Below, one piece after another: positions 19,671-30,210 of a stretch of DNA of 64,000 nucleotides; the stretch's first letter is position 1, and each line of letters starts with the position of its first letter. Source of the DNA: a virus; the IMG/VR virus record IMGVR_UViG_3300028115_001726, positions 1 through 64,000 of that record. One strand, written 5' to 3'. A program made the translations under genes and the position numbers. Under the pieces are notes generated by a model. That model was not told the origin of the DNA and searched no databases. It saw only the letters and a list, made by a program, of their open reading frames with translations.

Positions 19671-20594
19671 ATGGCAGTAGGTGATATAATCTCTGTTGCG
19701 AGATACAATATTATGCAAGACAGAGCTAATAAAGTTCTCGGAGTTGGAGGCGGTTCCTACGGAGAAACATTTGGGTATGGACAAGCAGTAGCAAGCTCAA
19801 GTTTGCCAACAAATGTAGCAACCAATCCAACAGTGGTTAATTCTACACATATGCAGAATTTAAAAACAGATATTGTAAAAGCATATGTCCACCAACAAAA
19901 TACATTACCTACGTTAACTGATATTTCTACTTCTGATGATATAACGGACGCTGTATACGTTGAATATGAAACAGCATCAACAAGAATTGAAACAGATCAT
20001 TTGTTATATAATATTGCCCAAATGACTGTGCCGGAAGCAAAGTTAAGCGTAACAAGAACTACACAATGGGGAGCACCAGGACTACCGACTATTATACACG
20101 AATGGTCAGTAACATGGACAGATAGAGATCATCTAAGGGCATTTTTTAATTCAGGCGGAGAAGTAAGAACTAGAGCGAGTATTACTGGCGGCTCTGGTAC
20201 AAAAACTACTAATTGGAAAAACATGTTATCAACAGTTGGAACTGTAAAGTTTAGTTACACTGATACAGTAGCAACAGCAGGCACAGATTATAATATTGGC
20301 GCATATGACTTGACAGCAGGCGGCAGTTATGTTAATATATGGTATTACGAACCAGGAGCAGGTGCTTACGAAAACAATAACATTACATACAAAGCAAAAT
20401 TAAATTCAGCAGGAAATATAATAACATTCCGTGTTGAATATACAGATGGCGATGCTATACCACCAGGAGATGGCACACCAGGAGTAGACGAACCAGTAGA
20501 AGGTACGTTTAATAGCATTGTTGAGCAACAAAGAGCAACCGGTTCTTATGTAGAGGTACCAACTCCTAATTATAGTAATATCTTGACAATCTAA
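19671..20594 (+). CDS. Putative virion structural protein (paralog 1)
   Basis: G/T/S-rich. Shares motifs with the next gene (VG..I....YN, FFNSGG/WLNAGG, W..ML..[VM]G, GAY.NN, VDE.V.GT). Strong SD and late promoter. Confidence 0.6.
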   Translation: MAVGDIISVARYNIMQDRANKVLGVGGGSYGETFGYGQAVASSSLPTNVATNPTVVNSTHMQNLKTDIVKAYVHQQNTLPTLTDISTSDDITDAVYVEYETASTRIETDHLLYNIAQMTVPEAKLSVTRTTQWGAPGLPTIIHEWSVTWTDRDHLRAFFNSGGEVRTRASITGGSGTKTTNWKNMLSTVGTVKFSYTDTVATAGTDYNIGAYDLTAGGSYVNIWYYEPGAGAYENNNITYKAKLNSAGNIITFRVEYTDGDAIPPGDGTPGVDEPVEGTFNSIVEQQRATGSYVEVPTPNYSNILTI

Positions 20595-20603
20595 GGATAA
20601 TTT

Positions 20604-21653
20604 ATGGCATTACCAGTATCAGTAGGCGCAACAATATTAGCAGCAGAATATAATGAACTACGTGATCCGGTAGATTCTATATACACAAGCCAATGGTACC
20701 AAACTGCTTTTTCTAGTGATGTTACAGCCGATGTTGATAGTGTAACAGAACAACAATTATTTAACTTATATATCGATCTTCAATCTTTATATGTCCATAT
20801 GTATGGATCTTTAAGTGCAGATTTTAGACCTCCAGCTGTTGGACAAAAAATTGGTGCTGACGAATCATTAGATTACAATCAGGCAACCGGAGCAGAAACT
20901 GCTGTATCGAATTCCGCACTTATGGGATTCAATGATTATAACACTGTAAAAATTGATATTGAAAATTTTGATCTTACTGCTCATTTAAACTATCCTACAG
21001 GTAATTTTACTCCAGGAAGCACACTAACAAATCAACGAACTACAGCATGGGGCAATACAAGCACAACAGACGATATCTATCATATTGTTGAAATTGAATT
21101 TGCTAATGGAGCAGATCAAGAAGCTGCTTGGCTAAATGCTGGAGGGTTTATAACTTTTAGAGCAGATTTAACCGGCGGCACAGTTGGTACAGTGGGTACT
21201 AAAGATGACGATTGGCAGACATTGCTCAATGCTATGGGTGTTATATATGTTGATAAAAATGGATCTAGTTCTTCTAACTTTGCCGGCACTAATTACAATG
21301 TTGGAATAAGTGACTTAGGAAGTGGATATTCTTTAATTTATGAAAAAGCAGGATCCGGCGCATACGATGACAACAACTATAGAATATACGGAACTAGAGT
21401 GTCTGCTGGTGTGTATAGATTTAGAATAAGGTTTTATGACGGAGATACAGGGACAGGCGATCTAGGCGGCGCCGGTACAGGAACACCTGTTGATGAGGCA
21501 GTTGGAGGCACTTTAACTAGCCGTATTCAACCACATACGCCTGACAGTGGATTTATTTGGGATAGCACAACTTACACAGCATGTTCGGTTACTCAGGTAA
21601 ATTATTCAACAGTTTATAGCCTAGCTAACAATCCAACTAGTGTTCCCACTTGA
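20604..21653 (+). CDS. Putative virion structural protein (paralog 2)
   Basis: Paralog of 19671..20594; AAGGA SD; last gene of the structural block. Confidence 0.6.
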   Translation: MALPVSVGATILAAEYNELRDPVDSIYTSQWYQTAFSSDVTADVDSVTEQQLFNLYIDLQSLYVHMYGSLSADFRPPAVGQKIGADESLDYNQATGAETAVSNSALMGFNDYNTVKIDIENFDLTAHLNYPTGNFTPGSTLTNQRTTAWGNTSTTDDIYHIVEIEFANGADQEAAWLNAGGFITFRADLTGGTVGTVGTKDDDWQTLLNAMGVIYVDKNGSSSSNFAGTNYNVGISDLGSGYSLIYEKAGSGAYDDNNYRIYGTRVSAGVYRFRIRFYDGDTGTGDLGGAGTGTPVDEAVGGTLTSRIQPHTPDSGFIWDSTTYTACSVTQVNYSTVYSLANNPTSVPT

Positions 21654-21678
21654 CAAATAGTTTATATTCGTGTATTAT
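21650..21678 (+). promoter_or_regulatory. Sigma70-type promoter TTGACA-N17-TATTAT
   Basis: Perfect -35 at 21650-21655, 17-nt spacer, TATTAT at 21673-21678, then GGAG SD and ATG at 21705. Marks the start of the enzyme cluster. Confidence 0.7.
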
Positions 21679-21704
21679 TACAGTAGTAATATCGGAGTAT
21701 ACGA

Positions 21705-22049
21705 ATGGACGAAAGACTTGAAAAGGCTTTAGATTTTAGTAATTATATGATTACACTAGATAATCAAAAAAGGTTACTTAAAGAAAAATATCAAGAAGAT
21801 TTAATGTATTATCACAATGGTGGTACATTTACAGCTACAAAGGAATTGATAACATTTTGTTCTTCCATGGAGTCATCTCAGCAAGAAGAAATAATTCTAA
21901 CAGATGATAATAATATTCCAATAAAAGTTACAACACAAGAATTTTTAGATGGAATACGTGATACATATTTCCAAGCAAGTAACAAGTACTATGTTGAATT
22001 TGATAAATTAATATCAAACAGAACAGTAGAAGGTATTATAGATTTATGA
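21705..22049 (+). CDS. Hypothetical protein, 114 aa (weak resemblance to tail-fibre assembly helpers)
   Basis: Good SD, coupled to the downstream gene. YHNGGTF...LTDDNNIPIKVT..EF pattern; function call is weak. Confidence 0.6.
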   Translation: MDERLEKALDFSNYMITLDNQKRLLKEKYQEDLMYYHNGGTFTATKELITFCSSMESSQQEEIILTDDNNIPIKVTTQEFLDGIRDTYFQASNKYYVEFDKLISNRTVEGIIDL

Positions 22050-22888
22050 GCAGAGGTGCTCTATTAATAGCAAGAAATAATTCTCAAGTTGATTACGTTA
22101 AACAAGCAATTTTTTGTGCTGAAAAAATACAACAGCATTTAAATATTCCTGTTACGTTATTGACAGATAATGTTTCCTATATGGAAAAAACTTATAGCAA
22201 TAAAATACAAGTGTTTGATAATGTTATTGCTTTACAAAACGAAAAAGCAAAAAGTTATAAAAAATACAGAGACGGTATTTTCCAAGAATATAAATTAGAA
22301 TGGAAAAACACAAGTCGTAACGTTGCTTATGACGTAACTCCATATGACGAAACATTATTAATGGATACTGATTACATCTTAGCAAATAATGTGTTAACAA
22401 ATTGTTTTAAACAAAACAACGATTTAATGATGTATAACATGGCTACTGATCTAGCCGGATGGCGTGATTTTTCCGAGTTTAGCCATATTTCACCAAATGG
22501 AATAGACTTTTATTGGGCAACTATTGTATTTTTTAGAAAAACGAAAGTAAATAAAATATTTTTTGATCTTGTAGGACATATTAAAGATAATTGGTATCAT
22601 TATAAAGTTGTTTATAAAATTATGAATCCAACGTTTAGGAATGATTTTGCTTTTAGTATAGCTGCTCATATCATGAACGGATATATGAGGAACAATTTTG
22701 TAACGCCATTACCTGGTAAAAAATATGTAAGTCTTGATAATGATATTTGTATTGGTATAGATAATAATAAATTTAATTTTTTAGTACAAAAAGAAGCCAG
22801 TGCTGATTATTTTCCTGTGTCTACTAAAGAACAAAATGTACATATAATGAATAAGTTTAGTTTAAACAGGATAATCGATGAGTCTTAA
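22046..22888 (+). CDS. GT-A fold glycosyltransferase-like protein (GT8/mannosyltransferase-like)
   Basis: DY..QA..CA..I.......VTLLT, then TPYDETLLMDTD (DxD), WATIVFFRK and RNDFAFSIA. Confidence 0.6.
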   Translation: MSRGALLIARNNSQVDYVKQAIFCAEKIQQHLNIPVTLLTDNVSYMEKTYSNKIQVFDNVIALQNEKAKSYKKYRDGIFQEYKLEWKNTSRNVAYDVTPYDETLLMDTDYILANNVLTNCFKQNNDLMMYNMATDLAGWRDFSEFSHISPNGIDFYWATIVFFRKTKVNKIFFDLVGHIKDNWYHYKVVYKIMNPTFRNDFAFSIAAHIMNGYMRNNFVTPLPGKKYVSLDNDICIGIDNNKFNFLVQKEASADYFPVSTKEQNVHIMNKFSLNRIIDES

Positions 22889-23720
22889 TTTTACAATATT
22901 TGCGCAAAATAGCACACACGATTATGTTCAGCAGGCATGTCTAGCAGCTATGAGTATAAAGTTGACCAATCCAACCTCTAAGATTGCGTTAATTACCAAT
23001 GATGATGTACCTAAAAAATATCAACATCTTTTTGAACATATTGTTCCTATTCCTTTTGACGATGCCAGTAGTAACAGCGAATGGAAAGTTGAAAATAGAT
23101 GGAAGATATATCATGCTTGTCCGTTTGAAGAAAGTGCTGTAATTGACAGCGATGTTTTAATTTTAAGTAATTTAGATCATTGGCAAAGTGTATTACAAAA
23201 ACACGATTTATACTTTGTAAATCATGTAAAAACATATAGAGGCACAACAGCAGACAACATTTATTATAGAAAAGCATTTAGAAATCATAATTTGCCAAAT
23301 TTGTATGCTGGGTTTCATTATTTTAAAAAATCAAAATTTGCGCATCAATTTTATAAATGGTTAGAACTAGTAATGAATAATTGGGAATTATTCTATGGAC
23401 AATATGCTGGAGGAAAATATTTTCAAAAATGGCCTAGTATTGATGTGAGTGCGGCAATTGTAACAAAAATTCTTAATTGCGAAAATAAAATTACAAATAC
23501 TATTGACTATCCTACAATAACACACATGAAATTAAGGAATCAAGGTTGGAAAAAACTTCATGTTGAATCTTGGCAGGCACAAGTTGGAACATATTTTAAT
23601 AATGATTGTAAATTAAAAATAGGTAATTATTCTCAAACAGGAATTTTTCATTACACTGAAAAAACTTTTTGTAATAAAGAAATTATTAAAACATATGAAA
23701 ATAAATTAGGAATAAAATGA
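22878..23720 (+). CDS. GT-A fold glycosyltransferase-like protein, paralog of 22046
   Basis: DYVQQACLAAMSI...IALIT, CPFEESAVIDSD (DxD), NLYAGFHYFKK, FHY near the C-terminus. Confidence 0.6.
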   Translation: MSLNFTIFAQNSTHDYVQQACLAAMSIKLTNPTSKIALITNDDVPKKYQHLFEHIVPIPFDDASSNSEWKVENRWKIYHACPFEESAVIDSDVLILSNLDHWQSVLQKHDLYFVNHVKTYRGTTADNIYYRKAFRNHNLPNLYAGFHYFKKSKFAHQFYKWLELVMNNWELFYGQYAGGKYFQKWPSIDVSAAIVTKILNCENKITNTIDYPTITHMKLRNQGWKKLHVESWQAQVGTYFNNDCKLKIGNYSQTGIFHYTEKTFCNKEIIKTYENKLGIK

Positions 23721-24283
23721 TAAACGGAGTTATTACAGAAAGATATATTTACTTTGACGAAATTGGAAATATACTTAAAATTTCAAATAATAACAATGAC
23801 GAAGGACAATATTTAAAAACAAGTATAGAAGATGTTTGGGATATTATGTCTGGTATAAAAACTATGGATTCTTTTTTTGTTATTTTTGATTCAGTACAAA
23901 AAAAGCATATTATTAAAAGTAGATTTGTTGAAGATGAAATTAAATTTGACATAAACGATCAAATTTATAAAATTCCAAAAACAAAAATAGACAGACCTGA
24001 TCTAACTATAAAACAAAATGTGATAAAAAAACAGTGGGATATAGAGTTAGATCCTATGTTAGATGAAAACATTAAGAATAGGAAGTTAATTTTTTCTGCT
24101 GCTTATAATTTTAGCGTATGTGGAAAGAACGATCCTCATAACCTGTATCAATATTTTCAAATTGATTTAAATAACATAAAATCAATACCTTTTATTAGCG
24201 ATTACGAACTTGACATAGATTCTGTAAGCGTATATACTACAAAGAGATTAGATACATATTACCACGAGGTTATCAATGACTAA
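23717..24283 (+). CDS. Hypothetical protein, 188 aa
   Basis: ORF translationally coupled on both sides; no motif recognised. Confidence 0.6.
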   Translation: MINGVITERYIYFDEIGNILKISNNNNDEGQYLKTSIEDVWDIMSGIKTMDSFFVIFDSVQKKHIIKSRFVEDEIKFDINDQIYKIPKTKIDRPDLTIKQNVIKKQWDIELDPMLDENIKNRKLIFSAAYNFSVCGKNDPHNLYQYFQIDLNNIKSIPFISDYELDIDSVSVYTTKRLDTYYHEVIND

Positions 24284-25208
24284 ATTTAGAGTGTTAGACT
24301 ATGACATTATTTACTTGAGCTATGACGAGCCTAATGCTGAAAAAAATTATGCTGATTTGTGTAGTAAAATACCTTGGGCTAAACGTGTACACGGAGTTGA
24401 AGGCAGTGACGCCGCACACAAAGCATGTGCTGAGTTAAGTGAAACTGATAGATTTATTACAATTGATGGTGATAACATTATTAATAAAGAGTTTCTTGCT
24501 AAAGAGTTTGATTTAGAATCACACGAAGATGCGCATTGGAATAAAGAAGCAAAGTTAGAAGATTGTGTAATTAGCTGGAGTGCTAGAAATACTATTAACA
24601 ATCTAATGTATGGCAACGGCGGCATTAAATGTTGGCCTAAGGAAAAAGTATTAAGTATGCGTACACACGAAAATGCTGATCCTAGTAATATTCATGCGCA
24701 AGTTGACTTTTGTTGGGATATTGAATATATTCAAATGAATAGTTGTTATAGCACAATTATGAATAACGCAACTCCACATCAAGCATGGCGTGCTGGATTT
24801 AGAGAAGGTGTTAAAATGGCACTTGACAGAGGTATGCGTGTAAATAAAGAAGATTTTTTAAAAAATCATTGGAAAAATTTACATAGATTATATATTTGGC
24901 TTATGGTTGGCGCCGATGTTGAAAATGGAAGATGGGCAATTTATGGAGCAAGAGAAGGTTTGTACAAAACTATGTGTACAGATTGGGACTTTGTAAATGT
25001 CCGTGATTTTAAATGGTTAAATGAATATTGGGACGCTAAAACTGATTTAGTAGAAGAAGATATAGAATACTATTCACAAGAATTAGGGGATAAACTCATT
25101 AACGAATTAGAACTTCCAATAGCTGTTGATCCGTTAGATGCTACGCAAAGCAATTTTTTCAAGACTGTTTATGTTAATCAGCCTAGAAATCCAAAAAAAG
25201 GAACATAA
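24276..25208 (+). CDS. GT2-like glycosyltransferase
   Basis: YDIIYLSYDEPNA...AKRVHGV.G...AH..CA....DRFITIDGD (DxD)...YGNGGIK...AWRAGFREG. Paralog of the C-terminal domain of 55072..56394. Confidence 0.6.
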   Translation: MTKFRVLDYDIIYLSYDEPNAEKNYADLCSKIPWAKRVHGVEGSDAAHKACAELSETDRFITIDGDNIINKEFLAKEFDLESHEDAHWNKEAKLEDCVISWSARNTINNLMYGNGGIKCWPKEKVLSMRTHENADPSNIHAQVDFCWDIEYIQMNSCYSTIMNNATPHQAWRAGFREGVKMALDRGMRVNKEDFLKNHWKNLHRLYIWLMVGADVENGRWAIYGAREGLYKTMCTDWDFVNVRDFKWLNEYWDAKTDLVEEDIEYYSQELGDKLINELELPIAVDPLDATQSNFFKTVYVNQPRNPKKGT

Positions 25209-26594
25209 ATGTCTTTTGAAAAAGAAAAAACAAAATATGTAAATGATATAACAACACGACATTTTTCTCCTACATTTTGTTTTGCTAAATGGTATCACAC
25301 AACAATATATTTACAAACGGGTGAAACACATAGTTGTTATCACCCTGCTCCTCATGCTATTGACGTTGATGAGCTCTTTACTAATCCAAGTGCTTTACAT
25401 AATACTAAACACAAAAAACAAGAACGTAAAGAGATGTTAGAAGGTAAGCAATGTGTTGGCTGTAACTATTGCTGGAACGTAGAAAACATGGGTCCTGATT
25501 TTGTTAGTGATAGACATATTCGCAGTGGCAGTATTTACAATGAAGAACGGTTAAATGAAGTAAAGTTAAAACCTTGGGACTTTAATGTTAATCCTGAATA
25601 CATTGAAATTTCATTTGGTAATGAGTGTAACTTTAGATGTGGGTATTGTCATCCTAAAGCAAGCAGCAGGTACTACAACGAAATACGGCAACACGGTCCG
25701 TATGACATGGTTAAAAATCATAGATGCGATGTAGATTGGTTTCGTGTATACGAAGAAGATAGCAATCCGTATGTACGTGCGTGGTGGAAGTGGTGGCCTG
25801 AAGTTAGCAAGACACTAAACATTTTGCGTGTTACTGGCGGAGAGCCTACAATACAAAAAAGCACATATAGACTGTTTGACGAACTTGAGAAAGATCCAAA
25901 GCCAAATCTTGAATTAAATGTAAACAGTAACTTAGGAGGTAAAGAACGTCAATTAGCAAAATTTACCGACAGTGTAAATAGTTTACTTTCGCAAAACAAA
26001 ATTAAACAGTTTAAATTGTTTACTAGTGTTGACACCTGGAATCAACGAGCTGAGTACATAAGAGATGGATTAGATTTAGAAGTATTTGAAAGGAATCTTG
26101 ATTATTTCCTTACTAACACTACAGCACCAGTAACTTTTATGATTACTTTTAATATTTTTAGTGTAACAACATTTCAAACATTGTTAGAAAAAATATTAGA
26201 ATGGCGAGCAAAATATAATGATGTAAATAGCGGACGCTGGCAACGTATACATTTTGATACTCCATATTTAAAAGAACCTTTACAATACGATATTAATATT
26301 TTACCAAAAGAACAATATATGCCTTATATGGAAAGCCATTTACAGTTTATTCAAGATAATCTTAAAGAAGGCAGTAAAACACATTTTAGTACAATGGAAT
26401 ATGAAAAATTTAGACGTGTTGTAAGCTATATGAAAACTACAGAATACGATGTGAATAAAATACGTGAAGGACGCCGAGATTTTTATAACTTTTTTAAAGA
26501 ACAAGATCGAAGACGTAATGTAGATTTTGAATTAAGTTTTCCAGAAATGTCTGACTTCTTTACGTTATGTAAGGAAGTTAATGGAACCTTCTAA
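25209..26594 (+). CDS. Radical SAM enzyme with N-terminal twitch/SPASM-like domain (class A, #1)
   Basis: CNFRCGYC, TGGEP; N-terminal FCFAKW...HSCYH...CVGCNYCW. Confidence 0.9.
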   Translation: MSFEKEKTKYVNDITTRHFSPTFCFAKWYHTTIYLQTGETHSCYHPAPHAIDVDELFTNPSALHNTKHKKQERKEMLEGKQCVGCNYCWNVENMGPDFVSDRHIRSGSIYNEERLNEVKLKPWDFNVNPEYIEISFGNECNFRCGYCHPKASSRYYNEIRQHGPYDMVKNHRCDVDWFRVYEEDSNPYVRAWWKWWPEVSKTLNILRVTGGEPTIQKSTYRLFDELEKDPKPNLELNVNSNLGGKERQLAKFTDSVNSLLSQNKIKQFKLFTSVDTWNQRAEYIRDGLDLEVFERNLDYFLTNTTAPVTFMITFNIFSVTTFQTLLEKILEWRAKYNDVNSGRWQRIHFDTPYLKEPLQYDINILPKEQYMPYMESHLQFIQDNLKEGSKTHFSTMEYEKFRRVVSYMKTTEYDVNKIREGRRDFYNFFKEQDRRRNVDFELSFPEMSDFFTLCKEVNGTF

Positions 26595-27744
26595 GGACAA
26601 TTCATACTGTTATTACCCTTTTAAACAAATTGCTATAAGTCATTGGAATAGCGATGGCATCCAGTGTGTCAATCCATGTTGTAATATGGCAAGTCCATTA
26701 GATCCTGATCCTTTACAAACTAACAAAGACATTCACAACGATGTTGAAAAATTATTTGATTTGCCTCAACTACAAAATATTCGTACACAGATGCTAAATG
26801 GAGAATATCCTAGTGCTTGTAATACTTGCTATGAAGCAGAAAAATACGGAAGTAGTCCAAGACTAATGTTAGATACAACAGTAGACAATAAGTTAGAGTG
26901 GCTTGATATACATTTAGGTAACAAATGTAATCTTAGATGTAGAATGTGTCATCCTGCGTTAAGTAATCAACTTAACAAAGATGCTGAATTATTCAAACAA
27001 GATGGTTATGAATATTGGTGGACTAGTGTGCCAGACATAGCACCACATGACATAAGTGTATTATATCCTGTACTAGAACAAATTACAAATATAAGAGTAA
27101 GTGGCGGAGAACCACTTTTGTCAAAAGAATATTTACAGTTATTAGATTACTGTATTGACAATGATTTATCAAAAAATATAAGTTTAGAACTACATACTAA
27201 CGCAACTAAGTTTTCTAATACTAATGTACAAAGATTGAATAAATTTAAACATGTTAATGCTACATTTAGTATAGACGGTATACACAAAGTTTACGAATAT
27301 ACAAGATATCCTTTTGCGTTTTCTATACTTGAAAACAATGTTAAAAACTTTTTTAAAAATGTAAAAAATTATACTGTTCAAATAAACTATGTAGCAACAA
27401 TATACAATATGTTTAATGTACGTGAAACAATATCTTGGGCTGAACAATTTCCCATAAGTGATTTTGTAGTTACAAATGTTTATCCGCAAGGACGCAATAT
27501 CGATGTATGTTGGGCACCATATAATCTTCTTCTAATTGCTAAAGAAATGCTACTAGCAATGACAAAACCATATCAAACAGAACCTTTTACTAATTATTTA
27601 CAAGACTGTGTGATTAATAATAAGTACAGCATAGAAAAGATTAAAGAAATAAAACTAGAAACTTTACAGTTTGATAAAAATCGTAATCAACATTACAAAG
27701 ATTATTTACATAACATGACAATAGGGTTATTAGATTCGGTATGA
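26581..27744 (+). CDS. Radical SAM enzyme, N-terminal twitch (class A, #2)
   Basis: CNLRCRMC, SGGEP, TNAT, SIDG; N-terminal CYYPF...PCC...CNTCY. Confidence 0.9.
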   Translation: MEPSKDNSYCYYPFKQIAISHWNSDGIQCVNPCCNMASPLDPDPLQTNKDIHNDVEKLFDLPQLQNIRTQMLNGEYPSACNTCYEAEKYGSSPRLMLDTTVDNKLEWLDIHLGNKCNLRCRMCHPALSNQLNKDAELFKQDGYEYWWTSVPDIAPHDISVLYPVLEQITNIRVSGGEPLLSKEYLQLLDYCIDNDLSKNISLELHTNATKFSNTNVQRLNKFKHVNATFSIDGIHKVYEYTRYPFAFSILENNVKNFFKNVKNYTVQINYVATIYNMFNVRETISWAEQFPISDFVVTNVYPQGRNIDVCWAPYNLLLIAKEMLLAMTKPYQTEPFTNYLQDCVINNKYSIEKIKEIKLETLQFDKNRNQHYKDYLHNMTIGLLDSV

Positions 27745-28946
27745 AAGACAGCAGCACATTTTGTATGTTTCCGTGGTTACATTTAAATGTTACACCTAAG
27801 GGAGACGTGTATCCTTGTTGTAGTAGTGATTATGTTGAGCCGTTTGCTAATGTAAAAAATATGTCACTTGAAAAAGCCTTCAACACTGATCGTATGAAAC
27901 AATTGAGATTAGACATGTTAAATGGGCGAAAAAATGAAGCATGTACTTTTTGTTACAAACACGAAGAAAATTCTCCGCATAGTTTTAGAAAATATAGTTT
28001 GGAACATTTTGGACATCTATATGATGATCTTATTCCGTTAACAAACGAAGACGGCAGCGTAGACGATTTTTCTATGCGTTATTTTGATGTAAGATTTAGT
28101 AATATATGTAATTTTAAATGTAGAACATGCGGCGGAGAATTTAGTAGTCAATGGGCGCAAGAAGAAAAACAACACGACGACAAAGGTGAAAATTTTAGGA
28201 TAATTCAACATGCTGACGAAAGTGGAAAATTACTAGATGAAATATTAGAACAAATTCCTAATATGGAACTTGCTTACTTTGCTGGCGGCGAACCATTAAT
28301 TACTGATGAACATTATACAATACTAGAGGAAATGATCAACACTGGTGCTTGTAAAAATATTGTCTTACGATATAATACAAACATGAGTAATTTTAAATAT
28401 AAAAAGTATGACATACTTGATATGTGGAGTAACTTTAAAAATGTAGAAGTAAGTGCTAGTATTGATCATTTTGGAGAAAAAGCAGAATACATACGTAATG
28501 GTACAAAATGGTTTAATGTAAAAAACAATTTACGTAAAATTAGAGATGTAGATTTTATAAATTATCAATTTAATTGTGTATTAAGTAATTTAAATTATGT
28601 TACTCTAGGCGACTTTTTTACATACATGATTGACCAAGATTTGTTAAGAAAACACGATTATATAAGTATCTATCATTTGCTTAATCCTAGTTTTTACAGT
28701 GCGCAAAATTTGCCTAATTTACATAAAGAAAAGGGTACATTAAGTTTATTAAAGTTGCTAACACAAATTAGAGATGAATTCTGGTGTGCGCAACACATAG
28801 AAAACGCACTCAAATTTGCTACAAGTGCCAATACTTGGAATGAACACGGGCAAGAATTTATACATAATACTATACGTAGAGATAAAATTCGAAACGAAAG
28901 TTTTACTAAAACTTTTCCTGAATTGGCAGATTTAATCGATGGATAA
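27741..28946 (+). CDS. Radical SAM enzyme, N-terminal twitch (class A, #3)
   Basis: CNFKCRTC, FAGGEP; N-terminal FCMFPW.H...G...PCC...CTFCY. Confidence 0.9.
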   Translation: MKDSSTFCMFPWLHLNVTPKGDVYPCCSSDYVEPFANVKNMSLEKAFNTDRMKQLRLDMLNGRKNEACTFCYKHEENSPHSFRKYSLEHFGHLYDDLIPLTNEDGSVDDFSMRYFDVRFSNICNFKCRTCGGEFSSQWAQEEKQHDDKGENFRIIQHADESGKLLDEILEQIPNMELAYFAGGEPLITDEHYTILEEMINTGACKNIVLRYNTNMSNFKYKKYDILDMWSNFKNVEVSASIDHFGEKAEYIRNGTKWFNVKNNLRKIRDVDFINYQFNCVLSNLNYVTLGDFFTYMIDQDLLRKHDYISIYHLLNPSFYSAQNLPNLHKEKGTLSLLKLLTQIRDEFWCAQHIENALKFATSANTWNEHGQEFIHNTIRRDKIRNESFTKTFPELADLIDG

Positions 28947-30210
28947 AGAAAAACTATTAAAAGAAGATACAGCATTTTGTATCCTACCTTGGATTCATAT
29001 GCACGCATGGCCTGATGGTCGTGCTATGCCATGCTGTATTGCTGACAGTGATCAGCCGTTTGGTGATTTAAAAACAAATACAATTGAAGAAGTTTGGAAT
29101 AGTGAAAAATACAAAGAATTACGTAAAGCCATGTTACAAGGAAAACAATTAGACGCTTGTAAAAGGTGTTACGAATTAGAAGCGAGTACATGGATTTGGA
29201 CACTACGTAAAAACAGCAACGAATGGTTTGGAGACAAGCATTTTGACTTAGTTGAAAAAACTAACGAAGACGGCAGTATAGACGAAATGCGTATGGCTTA
29301 CATGGATGTAAGATTTAGCAATATTTGTAACATGAAATGTCGTAGTTGTGGACCTGAGCTTAGTAGTTTACATGCGCAAGAACATGGAGAATTATACGGT
29401 AAACATGAAATAGCAAATATACTTAACAATAATGGTAGTACTGTTGTAAATATTGCCAAGAAAAATAATTATTGGGAAAATTTACAAAAGTATTTGCCAG
29501 ATGTCGAAGAAGTGTATTGGGCAGGCGGCGAACCACTTATTACAAATGAACACTATAAAATATTAGACAGATGGATCGAGTCAGGTAAGACAGATGTGCG
29601 TTTACGCTACACAACAAACTTTAGCAACATGCGCTACAAAAGTAAAAGTATTTACAGTTATTGGGAACAGTTTGAAGATGTACAAGTAAGTGCTAGTTTA
29701 GATGCTAACGGAAACAGAGCAGAGTTTATGCGCCACGGCACTGACTGGCAACAGATTGAACAAAACCGTGTTGAAATGTTAGAGCGTGTTCCTCATGTAC
29801 ACTTTGAAATTACACCAACTATTAGCTTGTATAATGTGTGGAACTTTCCAGATTTTCATATAGACTGGGTAGAACGTGGACTAGTAGATATTGACAAGTG
29901 TAGACTAAATGTTTTAACTGGTCCTGACTTTATGCGTATTGATTATATACCAGAAGAATATAAACGTGAATTACGTGCCAAATATATTGATTATAAAAAA
30001 TGGGCCTATGAAAAATGCAATAGCGAAGATATGGTAAGAGAAGTACTAGGACACATAGATAGTGTTCTACAATTTATGAATATGGGAAAATATAATCAAG
30101 AAAAATTAAATCAATTTTTCAAAAAGAATCATACATTAGATGTACATCGCAAAGAAGATTTTTGGGCTGTGTTTCCTGAGTTAGGATGGTTACGTGAGCA
30201 CATTACTTAA
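28939..30210 (+). CDS. Radical SAM enzyme, N-terminal twitch (class A, #4)
   Basis: CNMKCRSC, WAGGEP; N-terminal FCILPWIH...PCC...CKRCY. Close tandem paralog of #3 (TNEDGS, DVRFSNICN). Confidence 0.9.
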   Translation: MDKEKLLKEDTAFCILPWIHMHAWPDGRAMPCCIADSDQPFGDLKTNTIEEVWNSEKYKELRKAMLQGKQLDACKRCYELEASTWIWTLRKNSNEWFGDKHFDLVEKTNEDGSIDEMRMAYMDVRFSNICNMKCRSCGPELSSLHAQEHGELYGKHEIANILNNNGSTVVNIAKKNNYWENLQKYLPDVEEVYWAGGEPLITNEHYKILDRWIESGKTDVRLRYTTNFSNMRYKSKSIYSYWEQFEDVQVSASLDANGNRAEFMRHGTDWQQIEQNRVEMLERVPHVHFEITPTISLYNVWNFPDFHIDWVERGLVDIDKCRLNVLTGPDFMRIDYIPEEYKRELRAKYIDYKKWAYEKCNSEDMVREVLGHIDSVLQFMNMGKYNQEKLNQFFKKNHTLDVHRKEDFWAVFPELGWLREHIT

